In this document: piece by piece, positions 41,136 to 54,514 of the stretch
Numbering within the stretch: position 1 is the stretch's first letter
How the letters are laid out: the number at the start of each line of letters is the position of its first letter
Source of the DNA: Octopus vulgaris
Lineage: Eukaryota
Reading direction: 5' to 3'
Length of the DNA: 64,000 bases
Assembly (NCBI GenBank): GCA_951406725.2
Contig: OX597815.1
Location: 70,432,001 to 70,496,000, forward strand
Position numbers and translations under genes: made by a program
Notes under the pieces: model-generated
What the model saw: the letters and a program-made list of their open reading frames with translations, nothing else
Database searches by the model: none
What the model was told of the DNA's origin: nothing

Positions 41136-41509
41136 TTTCACTCAAGTTTCTTTCTACTAAATACACTCACAAGGCATTGATTGACTTGGGGTTATAATAT
41201 AAGAGACTTGTCGAAGGTACTGCACTGTTTGACTGGACCCAAAATCACATGATTGCCGAATTTCTTAAATACACAGCATGTTAATTTTGTTAAAATCAAA
41301 AATTCTGTTTCAAGAATCTTGTTTTTTGAACAAAAGTAGCCCATGTACCCTTGAGTCCTAAAAAAAGAATCAAATTAAAAATTTAGTTTTCCCATTAAAT
41401 ATTGTGATATTGTGATAAAATCTTTTTATGTATATATTAAGTATTAAATAATGATGTATAAAGAACTGTCTTTTTGATTAAAAAAAAAGGATAAAGATAC
41501 TTCCCAAGT

Positions 41510-41755
41510 CATATAGACTCATAGGGCAAGTTTCCCAGTTTCTGTGGTGGATATATTCCCTACATGGATGGGACGCCAGTCTGTCACAAGATTATTCACT
41601 TTTGCCAGCAAAGTGCACTGGAGCAAAATGAAATGACGTGTTTTGCTTAAGAACAGAATGCACTGCCTGGTCTAGGAACCAAAACCATGATCTTTCAATC
41701 ATAAGTCCAATGCTCTAACCCCACTAACCCCTAACCACTAAGCCACATGCCTCCA
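41510..41755 (-). mobile_element. tRNA-derived SINE family D
   Basis: Minus-strand head GGAGGCATGTGGCTTAGTGGTTAG, with GACAGACTGGCGTCCCATCCA core. Confidence 0.6.
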
Positions 41756-42199
41756 CTTTTTTTGGTAATAAATTTTAGCAAAAAAGTTTTGGTATTAACA
41801 AGCAAACTTATATTTTGAGGTAGCTTATAATGTAATGCTGTATTTAAACATATTTTATATGGAAAACCTGACAGATTTATGGAAAAATTTGGCAGTGAAT
41901 GATGTATTTCATTAAACATTTATTTGAGTAATACTGTTAGCAGATGATAAAATTACACATTTCACTAAATATCTCGCGTTACTATTAATTTAATAATGAT
42001 GAGGGTTTTTGACACTGGCACATAGCTGTATGTTTGTATGACAAGTATATATAATTAATGGAACTAGTTCCATTAAAAGACTTATTTATTTTATCCAAAG
42101 TCTGACTGAATATAGATATTATTACTTTGGAGAGTTTGAAATTGAAATACAATCTTTAGCTGTCTACTATCTTAAGTTTATGATATTTTAAATAAACAC

Positions 42200-42265
<66 letters not shown>

Positions 42266-43079
42266 TCATAAAAGTATCTTATTTAAAATAAATTATAAAT
42301 ATTAAGTATCATATAATATCACATTACATATCAACTGATATGCCATGTTATCACTGCTAAACATGGAATATTATATCTAAATGTGGGTTAATATACTTAG
42401 TGAGCTTCATATAAAATAAATATGCATAAAGATAATTTTATGGAAAATTGTATTACATACCATATTGAGACATTTATTGAAAATTAGCAATACGGGTAAC
42501 CAAGGTATTAATTGATAAGGTGGTTAAGGTAATGTGAACTTAAATTCACTGGAGCTAGACAATTTATTGTACCCACCACAAACTGGCTAGCTGTCTCCTA
42601 GAAATTCTAAGAATAGTTACTTGTTATAAACGATTATACCAAGTTGGTTTTATGGCTAACCTGTATAGAATTTCAAGGTTGCAATGCAAATTGAAACGAC
42701 AAAATGGCTTCAACTTTAACTGATTTAAGATTTACTCTTTTACTCTTTTACTTGCTTCAGTCATTTGACTGCGGCCATGCTGGAGCACTGCCTTTTAGTT
42801 GAGGAAATCGACCCCAAGACTTATTCTTTGTAAGCCTAGTACTTATTCTATCAGTCTCTTTTGCCGAATCACTAAGTTACAGGGATGTAAACACACCAGC
42901 ATCAGCAGCAAGTTCTCCCGAGAATTTGTGGAAATTCTGGAGAGAACTTAACCATAAGTAAGTTTAGTGGAGCAATTTGTGTTCCATTTAAAGATCCATT
43001 AAACAGAGCTTTATAGATGTTCTAATTAAAGCATTTGACAAGGAAGAGGAGAGAGAGAGAGAGGTATAGCATAGATGTA

Positions 43080-44563
43080 AACCGGGAAGTTTTTACAAGA
43101 CAACCTATAGAGGGCTACAAATCAAATCTGTGGCTGGGACAAAGATTCAGAAAGACTGAGGATGACATGGTAGTGGAACAGTGAGGTAGACAGAGCCATG
43201 AATGGGGAGTGATGGGCTTGGAAAGAAAGGAAAAACAGAAACAACAAAGTGCTATATCAGATAGCTTAGAAGGGAGCTAGACAATAGGTTTATTTAGCAA
43301 AAAGGAAGCATGATAATAAGAGGTGTGAGGTATTCTGGTTTGCATGACAGTGTATCAGAGAGAATCAAGATCTGGGAATGCTGTGTATGGATGAATAGTG
43401 GCATGCATGCACTTAGTGATTCTGAAAAGAAAGAGGCTACTATGAAAGATTATTAAATGGAAAATGCATGGGAGACAGTCTCCTCAACGTTGACCCAACA
43501 AAGGAACCAGCTATCCAAGTTGTAATATGATAGATAAGGCAATTAAGGATATGATGCCAGGGAAGGATCCTTGTCCATCAAGAATAATCACGGGGACTCT
43601 TAAAATAATTAGCAGAGTAGGTTACAGACAAGTCACTCATATAGTATAATCACACATTATTGTTAATCGGGTTATACAGAAAGGCATCATATCATTGACT
43701 AGTCTTGTAGCTCTATATTCAGCTTTTACAAGGTTAAATGCCATGCCTTGGATAGAAATAATTACAAAGGTATCAAGTTGTTGGACCAGGTCAAGTAAGT
43801 TTCAAAGAGAGTTACAGCCCAATTAATTAAGAACAGAATTAGATTAGATGAGATGCAGTTTGGGTTTGTACTTGGGAGAAGTACTACAGATGCTATTCTG
43901 GCTATGCTATTCTGGATGCAAGAGTACAAACCCAAACTGCATCTCATCTAATCTAATTCTGTTCTTAATTAATTGGGCTGTAACTCTCTTTGAAACTTAC
44001 ATGACCTGGTCCAACAATTTGATACCTTTGTAATTATTTCTATCCAAGGCATGGCATTTAGCTAAGAGTAAATCATTGTATTTGACTTTTGTTGAACTGG
44101 GAAAACCTTTGATAAAATCCCTCACTGTGTGATATGGTAAACTCTGAAGAAGCTAGGGGTAAATGAATGGCTTGTGAAAACTGTATATGCCAGGTACAGG
44201 GATGCAGTCAGTTAGGTGAAAGTTAGCCATGATTTCAGCAATGAAATTAGAGTATTGTTGGGAGTTTACCAGGGCATGGTTCTCATTGCTCTCCTATTCA
44301 TTGCTGTTACCCAAGTCAGTGGTGCAGTGGAATCATAGGAAGGTTTATGGAGAAAGTAGTGTTTATTGCTGGACCAATGAACACTGAGAACACAGGAAAT
44401 AGGTTTTTTTCGTATACTCTAGAAACTCCCTTGTGGTATTAGATAGTCTCTGCTACCTAGGTGACCTAATTAGCATTAAAGGAGTATGTTCTGAAAGTAT
44501 AGTTGCTAGAGTAAATATAGGATGGGGAAAGTTCAGAGAGTTATTACCACTGTTAGTATCAGA

Positions 44564-44628
<65 letters not shown>

Positions 44629-44850
44629 TCTCTCTCTCTTTCTCTCTCTCTCAGAGTGGAAGGCAGCTTGTATGATATTTCTGTACGAATAGCAATGTTA
44701 CCTGGCAGTGATATGTGAGTTCTGAATGCAGAGGACATGCGAAGATTAATGAGAAATTAAGTTGGTATGCCCCGTCACATGATGCATGTACGACGAAGTG
44801 TCAATGTTTCGACAGAAAAATTAGGCATAAGAGGAATTAGAATGTAACTG
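43080..44850 (+). mobile_element. Degenerate RTE-clade LINE (RT region) containing a 138-bp inverted duplication
   Basis: LDRNNYKGIKLLD, LDEMQFGF, LYLTFVELGKPFDKIP, VLDSLCYLGD, GWGKFRELLPLL. Confidence 0.8.
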
Positions 44851-44930
44851 CATACTTTGCGTGTGTTTACGATGCCGCAATTCGTCATCACTTCCTTCAG
44901 AAGCTGATTTATTTAAATGCATTCACACAT

Positions 44931-44993
<63 letters not shown>

Positions 44994-45276
44994 TCCATCC
45001 ATCCATACATACATACATACATACATAATCAGAATTATATTTGATCTGAGACTTAAGTGGAAACTGAAGCAAATATATTGTATAAGAATCTTCTTAGTAA
45101 TTTAAAAACTCACAAAGACGTTATTTTGGCTTGCTTTATGTCCCTCAATAATATAACCTATTAGGTGTTGTTGAAGCGAGATGACAGTATTTTGAACTAT
45201 CACATTCATATTTCTTAGCTTCGGACCACGACTGCAATAAAAGTCATTAAGCTCACATAATTGTGGCTCAGCCACT

Positions 45277-45459
45277 CAGATCGTAAAATGATTTATAGAA
45301 AGTTCTGGAACTTTTTTGCCCATGGTATATAAAAAGGCGGGCAAATGTAACAAATAAAAGGGGGATAGATACAACTATCAGATTTTTCCCGCCAAATGGT
45401 TTATAGAATGTTTTGAAACATTTTTGCCGACTGCTTATAAAGAGGTGAGCAAATCTAAC

Positions 45460-45490
<31 letters not shown>

Positions 45491-45580
45491 GGAGAAAGAG
45501 AAGGAGGGGAAAAGCCATCTGATCCTTCCCCCTAATTAGAATGTTCTGGAAGTGTTTTTACCGGTGATATTTAAAAAAAG
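45277..45580 (+). promoter_or_regulatory. Three tandem heat-shock-element + TATA modules
   Basis: aGAAagTTCtgGAAc 45297-311 with TATATAAAA 45326. Degenerate HSE 45405-19 with TATAAA 45436. aGAAtgTTCtgGAAg 45538-52 with TATTTAAAA 45568. Confidence 0.55.
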
Positions 45581-45738
45581 CATCGTTTTTCTCTGTGTGA
45601 GGGCTTCTCAATTATTCTATTTTCAAATATTAACGGCTGAAGACGCTATATGGAGTTATGTTGATAAATCTTGCGAAAAATCATTTTTATTTCTTTAACT
45701 TACTCTGTCCTCTCTAATTATGAATAATTGTAGTATTT

Positions 45739-46100
45739 TAAACGGCAGTTTGTCTGTGTGTGTTTCTGTGTGTCTGTTTGGTTGTACCCTCACTCTGACC
45801 ACGGCTTTCAACCGATTCTGATGAAACTTGACACACACATAGCCCAATGTCATAATTCAAAACTAACGCAGCGAAAATTTTGAAAAGTTCCCCCAGTTCT
45901 GAAAAAGATCGATAAATTCGACATGGGGTCGACAATCAGAAACACAAACCACAGATGGTCTAGGGGACGCAACTCGACCTTTTTAACTATCAAAAAAAAT
46001 TTACTATAATTTTTTTTGCTATTTTTTGGCTATAACTCTCTAAAAATGCTTTATAGTTATTTCCCTTACAAACCTGAGCAACGCCGGGCGATACTGCTAG
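45739..46100 (+). mobile_element. Non-autonomous Helitron (5' end slightly truncated)
   Basis: Near-identical to 18846-19229. Ends ...GGGCGATACTGCTAG|T. Confidence 0.75.
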
Positions 46101-46959
46101 TTCTTTATATATTTCGACAGATTCCAATGTAAATATGCTAATCGCTGTTGCGTTTCGTCACAGGAGAACAACTGATGAGACACAACGATAGCCAAACACT
46201 GGCTGTTCCCGATTCCTTTGCATTAATGAATCAAGCTTGCTATGAACATGGAAGGTATCCTCTTGTGGCGAAACACAACAGTAATTAACATATTTATATT
46301 CGAATCTGCCTGGACGTATTAGAATAAATATACAAGCTATCGTATATATATGCACCTGGTTGAATAAACAGAATGAAAAATTATACTCAAATTAGTGTGA
46401 TCTTGTGACTGTTATATGCAGCACATAAATGTCATTTATCACTGATTGTTCATTAACTACTTCACAACAATACCAAAGAATCAATATTTTTTTTTTAATG
46501 TTTACACTTCTGTCATTTAATCACCGATGCAATTTCGCTACATCCGTTGAAAATCAGTTCCAGGCTTCGGAAGGTGTCTTTTCTTTTTTAATTCTCTTCT
46601 TTTTCTTTTCTTTTGTTTTTGTTTGTTTTTGCTTAGTTATATTCAGCTTCAAGTGTGTCCGTTTTATATAGCGACTCTGTTGATCAGTTGTCCGTAAGGA
46701 TATGAATTGATTCGCATTTGCTGAAATTTGTATCTAGGAGCTTAATGTATTTTTGTTTATCGACTTTGGGCACTTTGGGTCTTTGGTCATTTTCAGATTT
46801 AATTCGTCTGCATTTTTTTATATATCTGTCTTATATATGTGAATGGACGTGCAAGGGTACACGTGTGTATGCATTTACGTACACACACGCACACACACAA
46901 ATGCACATTGTTTTGCATTTATGTGCTTACTCGTGTATGTATGTATGTATTCTCTTAAT

Positions 46960-47335
46960 CTTTAGCTTCTTTCAGTCATTTGACAGCGGCCATGCTGGAA
47001 CACCACTTATTCATGCTGGAACACCACTTATTCATGCTGGAACACCACTTATTCGGTCTCTTTTGCCGAGCAGCTAAGTTACGGGGACGTAAACACACCA
47101 ACATCGGTTGTCAAGCGATGGTGGTGAACAACCACAGATACACAAGCACACACACACACACACACACACACCCCACACGTACACACACACCACACACACA
47201 CACATATATACGACGGGCTTCTTTCAGTTTCCGTCTACCAAATCCACTCACCAAATCCGAGGCTATAGCAGAAGACACTTGCCTACTGAACCCGGAACCA
47301 TGTGAGTGGGAAGCAAGCTTCTTACCACACAGCTA
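46960..47335 (-). mobile_element. SINE family B with internal 21-bp triplication
   Basis: Reverse complement of 26221-26654. (CATGCTGGAACACCACTTATT)3 at 46991-47053. Confidence 0.8.
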
Positions 47336-47491
47336 CTCCTCATCTGCTTCACATATCTATGCATATATTTATATATTCACGTAGGCAGATATATATGGAT
47401 ATGCATACATACATACATACATACATACATACATACATACATACATGGCTACACGGACACGCAAACACACGCTCCAGCACCAACAGATATG

Positions 47492-47919
47492 CAGCTCTGG
47501 ATTAACCATTAAGCAAAATAAGCATGTGCTTAGGGCATCAAGGGAAGCGGGTATGGGGAGGGGGTCACCACAAAAATGGTTTATGACACAAAAGAAATCA
47601 CTTTAAACTTGCTAAAATAACATTCGAAGTCGTTTATGTGATTGGAAATATAATTTTGAAGTGTACATGGTGTCATAGTGAAGATTTGATCAAAGGCTTT
47701 TCAATTAAAAAAAAGTAGGAAAAAACTGTTCAAATATAAATAAAATGGAAGTATACAAAAATAAACATTATTTTCCATTTTATTGTTAGTTTTATTTCAC
47801 TTTGAAAAACAAAAATTTATTTCATTGTTTGTTATTACTTATATTTCGAATTACATATATATGAAGGCACCAAAATCTTTTAAGTGCTTGGGGCCTCTAT
47901 GGGTCTTAATCCGGTCATG
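47492..47919. mobile_element. hAT-type MITE
   Basis: 8-bp TSD CAGATATG (47484-91, 47920-27). TIRs CAGCTCTGGATTAA / TTAATCCGGTCATG. Empty site present at about 49361. Confidence 0.8.
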
Positions 47920-48711
47920 CAGATATGTGTGGAGTAGTTATATGCACAAATGCGTGTGAGTTTGCAACAATGATATACAATATCAATAACATAGTATAAC
48001 AAACAAATGTATGTATAACAAATGAAAAAAAGAGAAAAAGGAATTCACAAGATTCTTTATTAATCACAACGATCATTTCCACCCATCTTCCATCGGTCCG
48101 TCTCGGATGAGGTTCTGGACAACTGGTTGTAGTGCATCATTTGGTGTAGATGTGTCTTGTCAGGTGATTTTCAAAAGGTACATCGCTCTCGATTTCGTTT
48201 AGTTCGTTATTTGCCTGTAGCTGGTTGCGCACAGTGGGTATCGTGGTTTGGAATGACATGGACTGGAGTATAGTCAATCTTTTTAGAGATAATGGACCTA
48301 CTTATAGTTACTCATAAATAAAACACGTATATAATAATAAAAAAATTAATTTTTTAGACAAGTATACAATGAACAGGTACTATTCTTGGTTTGATAAAGA
48401 TAAAGCCATAAAATGATAAGACAATCAAATAGAAAACGAGCAGACAAAACACAACGATGCACTTGAGCGGTTAATTAGACATTTGGCGACTCGACTATGG
48501 AGTTCTATGGGATAAAGATAACACACACACACACACACAACATACAAAAACACATTCCCCTTCACCTCCAGCTCACAGATTCCCAACTGTTCGGCTAACC
48601 CTACCTTCCCCCATATACCATATAATCAGCAGGCTGTTGCGGTCATTCCATGTTGATTTACTACGGGACATCAACTGCACCGAGTATCTGCTTCACATAT
48701 CTATGTATATA

Positions 48712-49271
48712 TTGGGTTGACCGGAAAGTTCGTGCCGATTTATAGTAGCTTACCTTTCGACTTATTTTAGAACATGGTTGAGTCCATAAAATAGGATTTG
48801 ACTACACCTCCATTTAGAGCACAGTTTAATCTATCTTTTCGTGGAAGAGGGTTTATGTTCCTATAACCTGTGTTAATTATGTAACCGTTTAATATAGAAG
48901 ATAAGAAAGTTCATTTTCGGCACTTGATGCTTCGGGAACCAGACAAAAATTGCTGCAGCTCGGCTGGGATGTGTTACCCCACCCACCATATTCACCATAT
49001 ATTGCTCCTTCGGATTTCCACTTATTCAGGTCTCTGCAGAATAGTCTTAATGGTAAAAATTTCAATTCCTTGGATGACGTAAAAAGATACCTTGATGAAT
49101 TCTTTGCCATGAAACTGCCTCAATTCTGGGAAGAGGGTATTTTCAGGTTAAAGGAAAGACGCATTGTGCAACAAAATGGTTCATACTTGGTTGATTAAAA
49201 ATGTAATGGCAAGTATTTATTGACCTTTTTCTTTCCTTTAAAAATCGGCACGAACTTTCCGGACAACCCAA
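48712..49271 (+). mobile_element. Internally deleted mariner element
   Basis: About 30-bp TIRs TTGGGTTGACCGGAAAGTTCGTGCCGATTT, TA TSD, C-terminal LGWDVLPHPPYSPYIAPSDFHLFRSLQN. Confidence 0.9.
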
Positions 49272-50524
49272 TATTTATATATTCACATAGGCATATATAT
49301 ACGGACAGTATACATACTTACATGGCCTCACGGACACGCAAACACAGGCTCCAGCACCAACAGATATGTGTGGAGTAGTTATATGCATAAATGCGTGGGA
49401 GTTTGCAACAATGAGATACAATATCAATAACATAGTATATTGCTCAAGCAATAATAGCATTGTCAGTATACACATACATATTAATTGAATAAACAGTCAA
49501 TAAAATTTTTACTGTCTGATTTTGCATATATTCCATCTTACTGTTCATCGTTCAGTAACAAGTATTTTGTGATAACCACAAGTAAATATAGGACTGCATA
49601 CAGTTAGGTACAATATCAACTTAAAACAATACAGTAGGTCCGGAGCGAGGAACCTTTTAAAAAGTCCCCTGACGAGACACATCTGCACCAAATGATGTAC
49701 AGTTTTCCAGAATCTCACCCGCGAGGGACCGATGAAAGACGGGTGGAAACAATCGTTGTGATTAATAAAGAATCTCGTGAATTCCATTTTCTCTTTTTCT
49801 CATTTGTTAAATACTCGACGGACACGAAGAAATTCCTGAAGTAAATTAAAAGACACTTATATCAATACAGTTGATGATATCAAGTAGCCGATCACAGTGA
49901 ACATGCTTCAAACGGCATGCTATCAGGTGTATACTCAAGTTTAAAATAATTGCTTGCGCGCGTGCGTGCATTTTTTGCTGAAAAAGCACAAACGGGGTGA
50001 CGATAAGTGTATGTAGTTACAACAAACGATTGTATAATCTTGTCAGTTGATTTATTGAAACACGTGCGTGTTTTGTTTTATATACCCCAAAATACCAATT
50101 ATGTTTTCTGCGTTTTTTTCTTGATACACACACACACACACACATGATTTATATATATGCGTGTGTGTGTGAGCTAATATATATACGCAGGCCCACACAC
50201 GCCCACACATACATACATAATAGGATGTTTTCGTATCATTCCAGTTTCTACAGATAATACTTTCAAATAACTATAGAGCTATCTAGTTTATACATACTTA
50301 AACTTTTTAGAACTGTGTTGTATTATTGTATACAAATATACATTATTCAATTTATAATGTTGCTGACTAAAGCTTTATATACAAATTAGGATGGCTTTTA
50401 ATGGTACATCATTTATAGCCCTATGGCTGGTTAAAGAATGTGTGTGTGCGTGTGTGTTATGTGTGTTTGCGTATGTGTGTACATACAGACACACGCACAT
50501 AAATATATACCGCACACGCCTGCG

Positions 50525-50563
<39 letters not shown>

Positions 50564-51497
50564 CAGCATCGACAACAGCAACAGAAACGGTATCAACGCC
50601 AGCACAGCAGCAACAACGACGACAGCAGCACAGGCAACGCGCAGATACGAAAATATTACCGACGTCCTCATCCCTCGCCCAGCGACGCCAATACAAATAC
50701 CAACAGCAGCAGCCCCAACTCCATCAGCGACCACACCACCAGCGGCATCAGCATTAACAGCAGCAGCAGCAGCAGCAGCACATACAACAACAACAAGCGC
50801 ACCGACATCGCGCGCCCATAGAAATACGTGGGGTACACTGGGAATTCTCTCAAACAGCGTCTTTCCAATCATTTGTCCTCCTTCAGAGTCCCGGAAAGGA
50901 GATAGGTGACATCGCTGGTCAGCCATATCTGGCAACTAAGAGACGAAGGGATACCATACTCGATCGCATAGAAAATACTCAAGAACCCAGGGTCCTACAT
51001 CAACGAGACGAACTGTTGAAAGTTATGCATTGCCGAACGCTAGAGAATCCTAAAAGACTCGCAGCGTGCCAAACAGCATCCTGAACTCCAGGGCGGAGAT
51101 TTTCGGGCCATGCTTGCATTTTAGAAGATTCCTGCTGGTCTTTTGGAATCCGCAAGGCGATGCTACAGCCGGAAGCCAATAGCCAAGGCCGAAAGGAGAC
51201 ACTCGTTTACCTTCGTGGTTATTTGGTGTCTGCAAGATGGCGAAACGGCTGAAGCTCGATGGCCAATGGCAAAGGGAAATATTCAACTAGTGTTTACTTT
51301 TATAGCGAGGCATTTCCCACTCCATATTTTGAGGAGGTCTTAGGCCAGGTGTGTTTGGGGTCTGAAGATACGCCATAAGGCTAAACCCCTTATGAGCGAA
51401 AATCCCAGGGTAACACTACAAACCTCCCCCATTATAATATTAATTGCTCTACATCTTAGACTGTACTTCCCTTCCGGATTTATGTATTTCTACAAAG

Positions 51498-51534
<37 letters not shown>

Positions 51535-52910
51535 TGTTGTGTCTGGGGAGAGTCATTTTCTTTTTGTGCCTTACAATTTAACACACCGATAAAATTTCCA
51601 CTTATTTCTTATTTTTATTTTCCAAAAATTTTCGTTACGTCTTGCAACCTTTTCAATAGTCTTGACTCTGTCCGTTATTTACACTGCGTTCCTTTTTTGT
51701 TTGTTTGTGCGCATGTGTGTGTGTCAGTGTGTGTGTGTGTCAGTGTGTGTGTGTGCCTATGCATGCATGTACGTATGTATGTATGTATGTATGTATGTAT
51801 GTATGTATGTATGTATGTATGTATGTATGTATGTATGTATGTATGTATGTATGTATGTATGTATGTGTGTGTGTGTATGTATGTATGTATGAATGTGTGT
51901 GTATGTATGTATGTATGTGCATCCATCTGTGTGTACATATATTCTGCATATTCATGTACTTGCATGTCCGTGTTTGTGTATTTTCTATGTATGTGTGTGT
52001 GTGTGTGTGTGAGAGCGTGTGTTTGTATTTGTATGCACCTCTGTCTCCTTGTGTGCCACCCTGCTCGACACCTCAGCCCGGTTCTTCTCTACCTGGAGGT
52101 CTGGACCAAACCCGACCCTAGAAACTTAACCGGTCCCTCCGATCAACGTCTAACGACGCTGTCTGAAGGCATCGAAGTGGTGCCTCACTCGGGAGACTTA
52201 GGAAATCTTGTGGCGTCATAGGTTGAGGTGTCGTTGGTGTTATGGGTGAGCCTTCTGTTACACTTGACATATCGTCTATAGTATTGTCTGTGCTACCGCA
52301 CATTTTTCAAAATAATTATCCTCCACCCCACCCAATAGGGGAATAAAAACAAATGCTTTCAAAAAGCAATCAACAGTCTTTAACAGTAATCCAAAAATTA
52401 ACAATTGCCGCAAGGCAATATAAAGTCCAACAAAAGCGTCAACAAATACGTTTAACAATAAGTAAAATCACTCACAAAAACATATCCAAACGGTTGAATA
52501 ACAGAGAGAATTTTTCAAGAGTTGAAAATTTGAAACACAAGGTAATGAATTTATCATGAACAATTTTGGAAAAAAATAGTGAACTATTTCGTTTAAAAAG
52601 AGAGAGAGAATTGTCAACTTTACTAGAGAAAAATGTATCATCAAAAAAGAATAAGGAAAAAAAAGAGAAAGACTGTGTGAATGTAATCACTCGAGTTCGG
52701 GGGTCGAGTGGGCATTCCGCCTCATTGTATCATCTTTTCATAATTCATTCGTTTCTTTTGCTTACTTTTCTTAAATTTCTATTTTATAATTTTAGTTCCC
52801 CGAGTCTCTGTTATGTCTCGTTATGTGTTGTCTATATGTGTTGTATTTGTCGTTCCCGTTTCAATGTACGCCTTTTATAAGTAATAAAAAAAAACACAAC
52901 GAAACATTTG

Positions 52911-54514
52911 TTTCGGACAACTGTAATTCCCAGTAAGTGTTTGCTATTGTTTATTGAAAGGTGTTGCTTTGTTTTGTGCTGCTTTGCAGCTGTTGTATGA
53001 TTGGGCTGCCCCACAGCATTTTGAGGTGGCTGAATTTGAAAATGTTTTCTATTCGGACCTGACTGAAACGGAGATGTCGGCGACAGAATTGTCATCGCCT
53101 GAGGAAGAACTGGTCAGGGCTATCAACAAAATAGAAAATTCTTTAAAGGGGAAAGGTTTTGCAGAAGTGGCAGGTGTCTCTAAGAAGGAAGTGAGTCTGG
53201 AAAACCTAAATAATTTTGTGGAGAAGGAGGGTGGTGACGTGAAATTGTCACCACAGAATGAGGTACTTGGAAGAAAGCAGAATTGTTTATAAAGTATATT
53301 CAATCAAGGAGAGAAGAATTGAAAATGAGGCTACGGAGGAAATTGAGAAGGCATTGAGGCCAATCTGGCAAGATATATCATATCTTGCCAGAGGAAGCAG
53401 TTACGGCACAGTTGTTGTGCATTTCAAAGAGAAAGAAAAGGCAAAGGAGCACTCGGCAAATACGATGAAGACGGAAAGAGTAATCCTCTTACCAACATAC
53501 CATGGAAGAAGAACTTCCAGGGTTAGGGAGAGGGAATCCCCCTCGAAATAGACACGGCTTGGGTGGTGGCAGCAGTACTTCTTGGAAATGAGAAGGAAGT
53601 GGCCGTGCTCCAAGCCAAAGAAACAGAAGTAAGGAATTGGCGAGGCAAAGTTCTGGATGTATTGATCCAAATTTCAGTATAAAATATGGAGAGACTGGCA
53701 GAAACGGCGTCAGTAGGTGATACAGTAATGAAGGTGTTGGTAGAGGGCAGAACCCCTCGCTGCTACAAAGGTGGCCAAAAGGCCCACATTAGAGCAGACT
53801 GCCCTTAAAAAACCCAGCATGCACCGAAGGTCGAGAAGGAGAAGGAAATGGTGGAAGAGAAGGAGGAAACTGACGAGGAAGGATGGAGAGTAGCTGGAAG
53901 GAATGAACAGAGGAAGAGGAAGAAGGACAGTCAAAGTGGACCCCAACCCGTACCCACCCCCACAGACCCTCTCAACCCGACCCTCACACTGCAGACACCA
54001 AACCCAGCCATTCCCCACCGACGCAAAAACGAAAAAAAAAAAAGAAATGCAAACTTACGAAAATCATAAAGCTCCCTCCCATGTGTTATGCTTGTGCTTT
54101 CTGTAAAGGTGTGGATAGGAGACTGATAAAGAAGTTATCACAGTGGAAGGACCTAAGGACTGTAGATATGAAAGGAAGTAAAAAAGAAGATATGGTCGCA
54201 TGCGCATTGGTGTCGGAAGGTCGTATGAAAGAAATAATGGGATACAAAGAAGGTTTTAGATATAGAAAAGTGGTTTGTGATCTAAAGAAAATACCAAAAG
54301 AAGAACAACAGGGTATAAATATGAACTGGATATAAAAAGGAAGTAAATGATGTTGCTGAGGTGGGGTAAGTAGCATATTTTCATATATATCATTTCATTT
54401 TCATTCATGTTATCATAATTTTATTTTAATTGTTATATGTTCCCACATATTTTGTGCCGTCCTTTCGAAACGACGTTAATATCTATGTACGCCTTTTATA
54501 AGTAATAAAAAAAA
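52911..54514 (+). mobile_element. ORF1-only (HAL1-like) Tx1/L1-derived retroelement
   Basis: Frameshifted ORF1 from ATG 53074 to about 54333 with gag-like knuckle CYKGGQKAHIRADC (53761-53802). Short 3'UTR, AATAAA + poly(A). Flanked by 16-bp repeats (52895-910 / 54515-530). No ORF2. Confidence 0.65.

Noticed and set aside
46991-47053. Three 21-bp direct repeats (CRISPR-like?)
   Set aside because: No spacers; a slippage triplication within a SINE in a eukaryotic genome.
50375-50935. Overlapping Thr/Ala/Gln-rich ORFs
   Set aside because: Built from CA and CAG/CAA low-complexity repeats, with no domain signature.
52240-52690. Lys/Asn-rich reading frame, possibly a Penelope N-terminal region
   Set aside because: No diagnostic RT or GIY-YIG motif visible; cannot be supported without a profile search.
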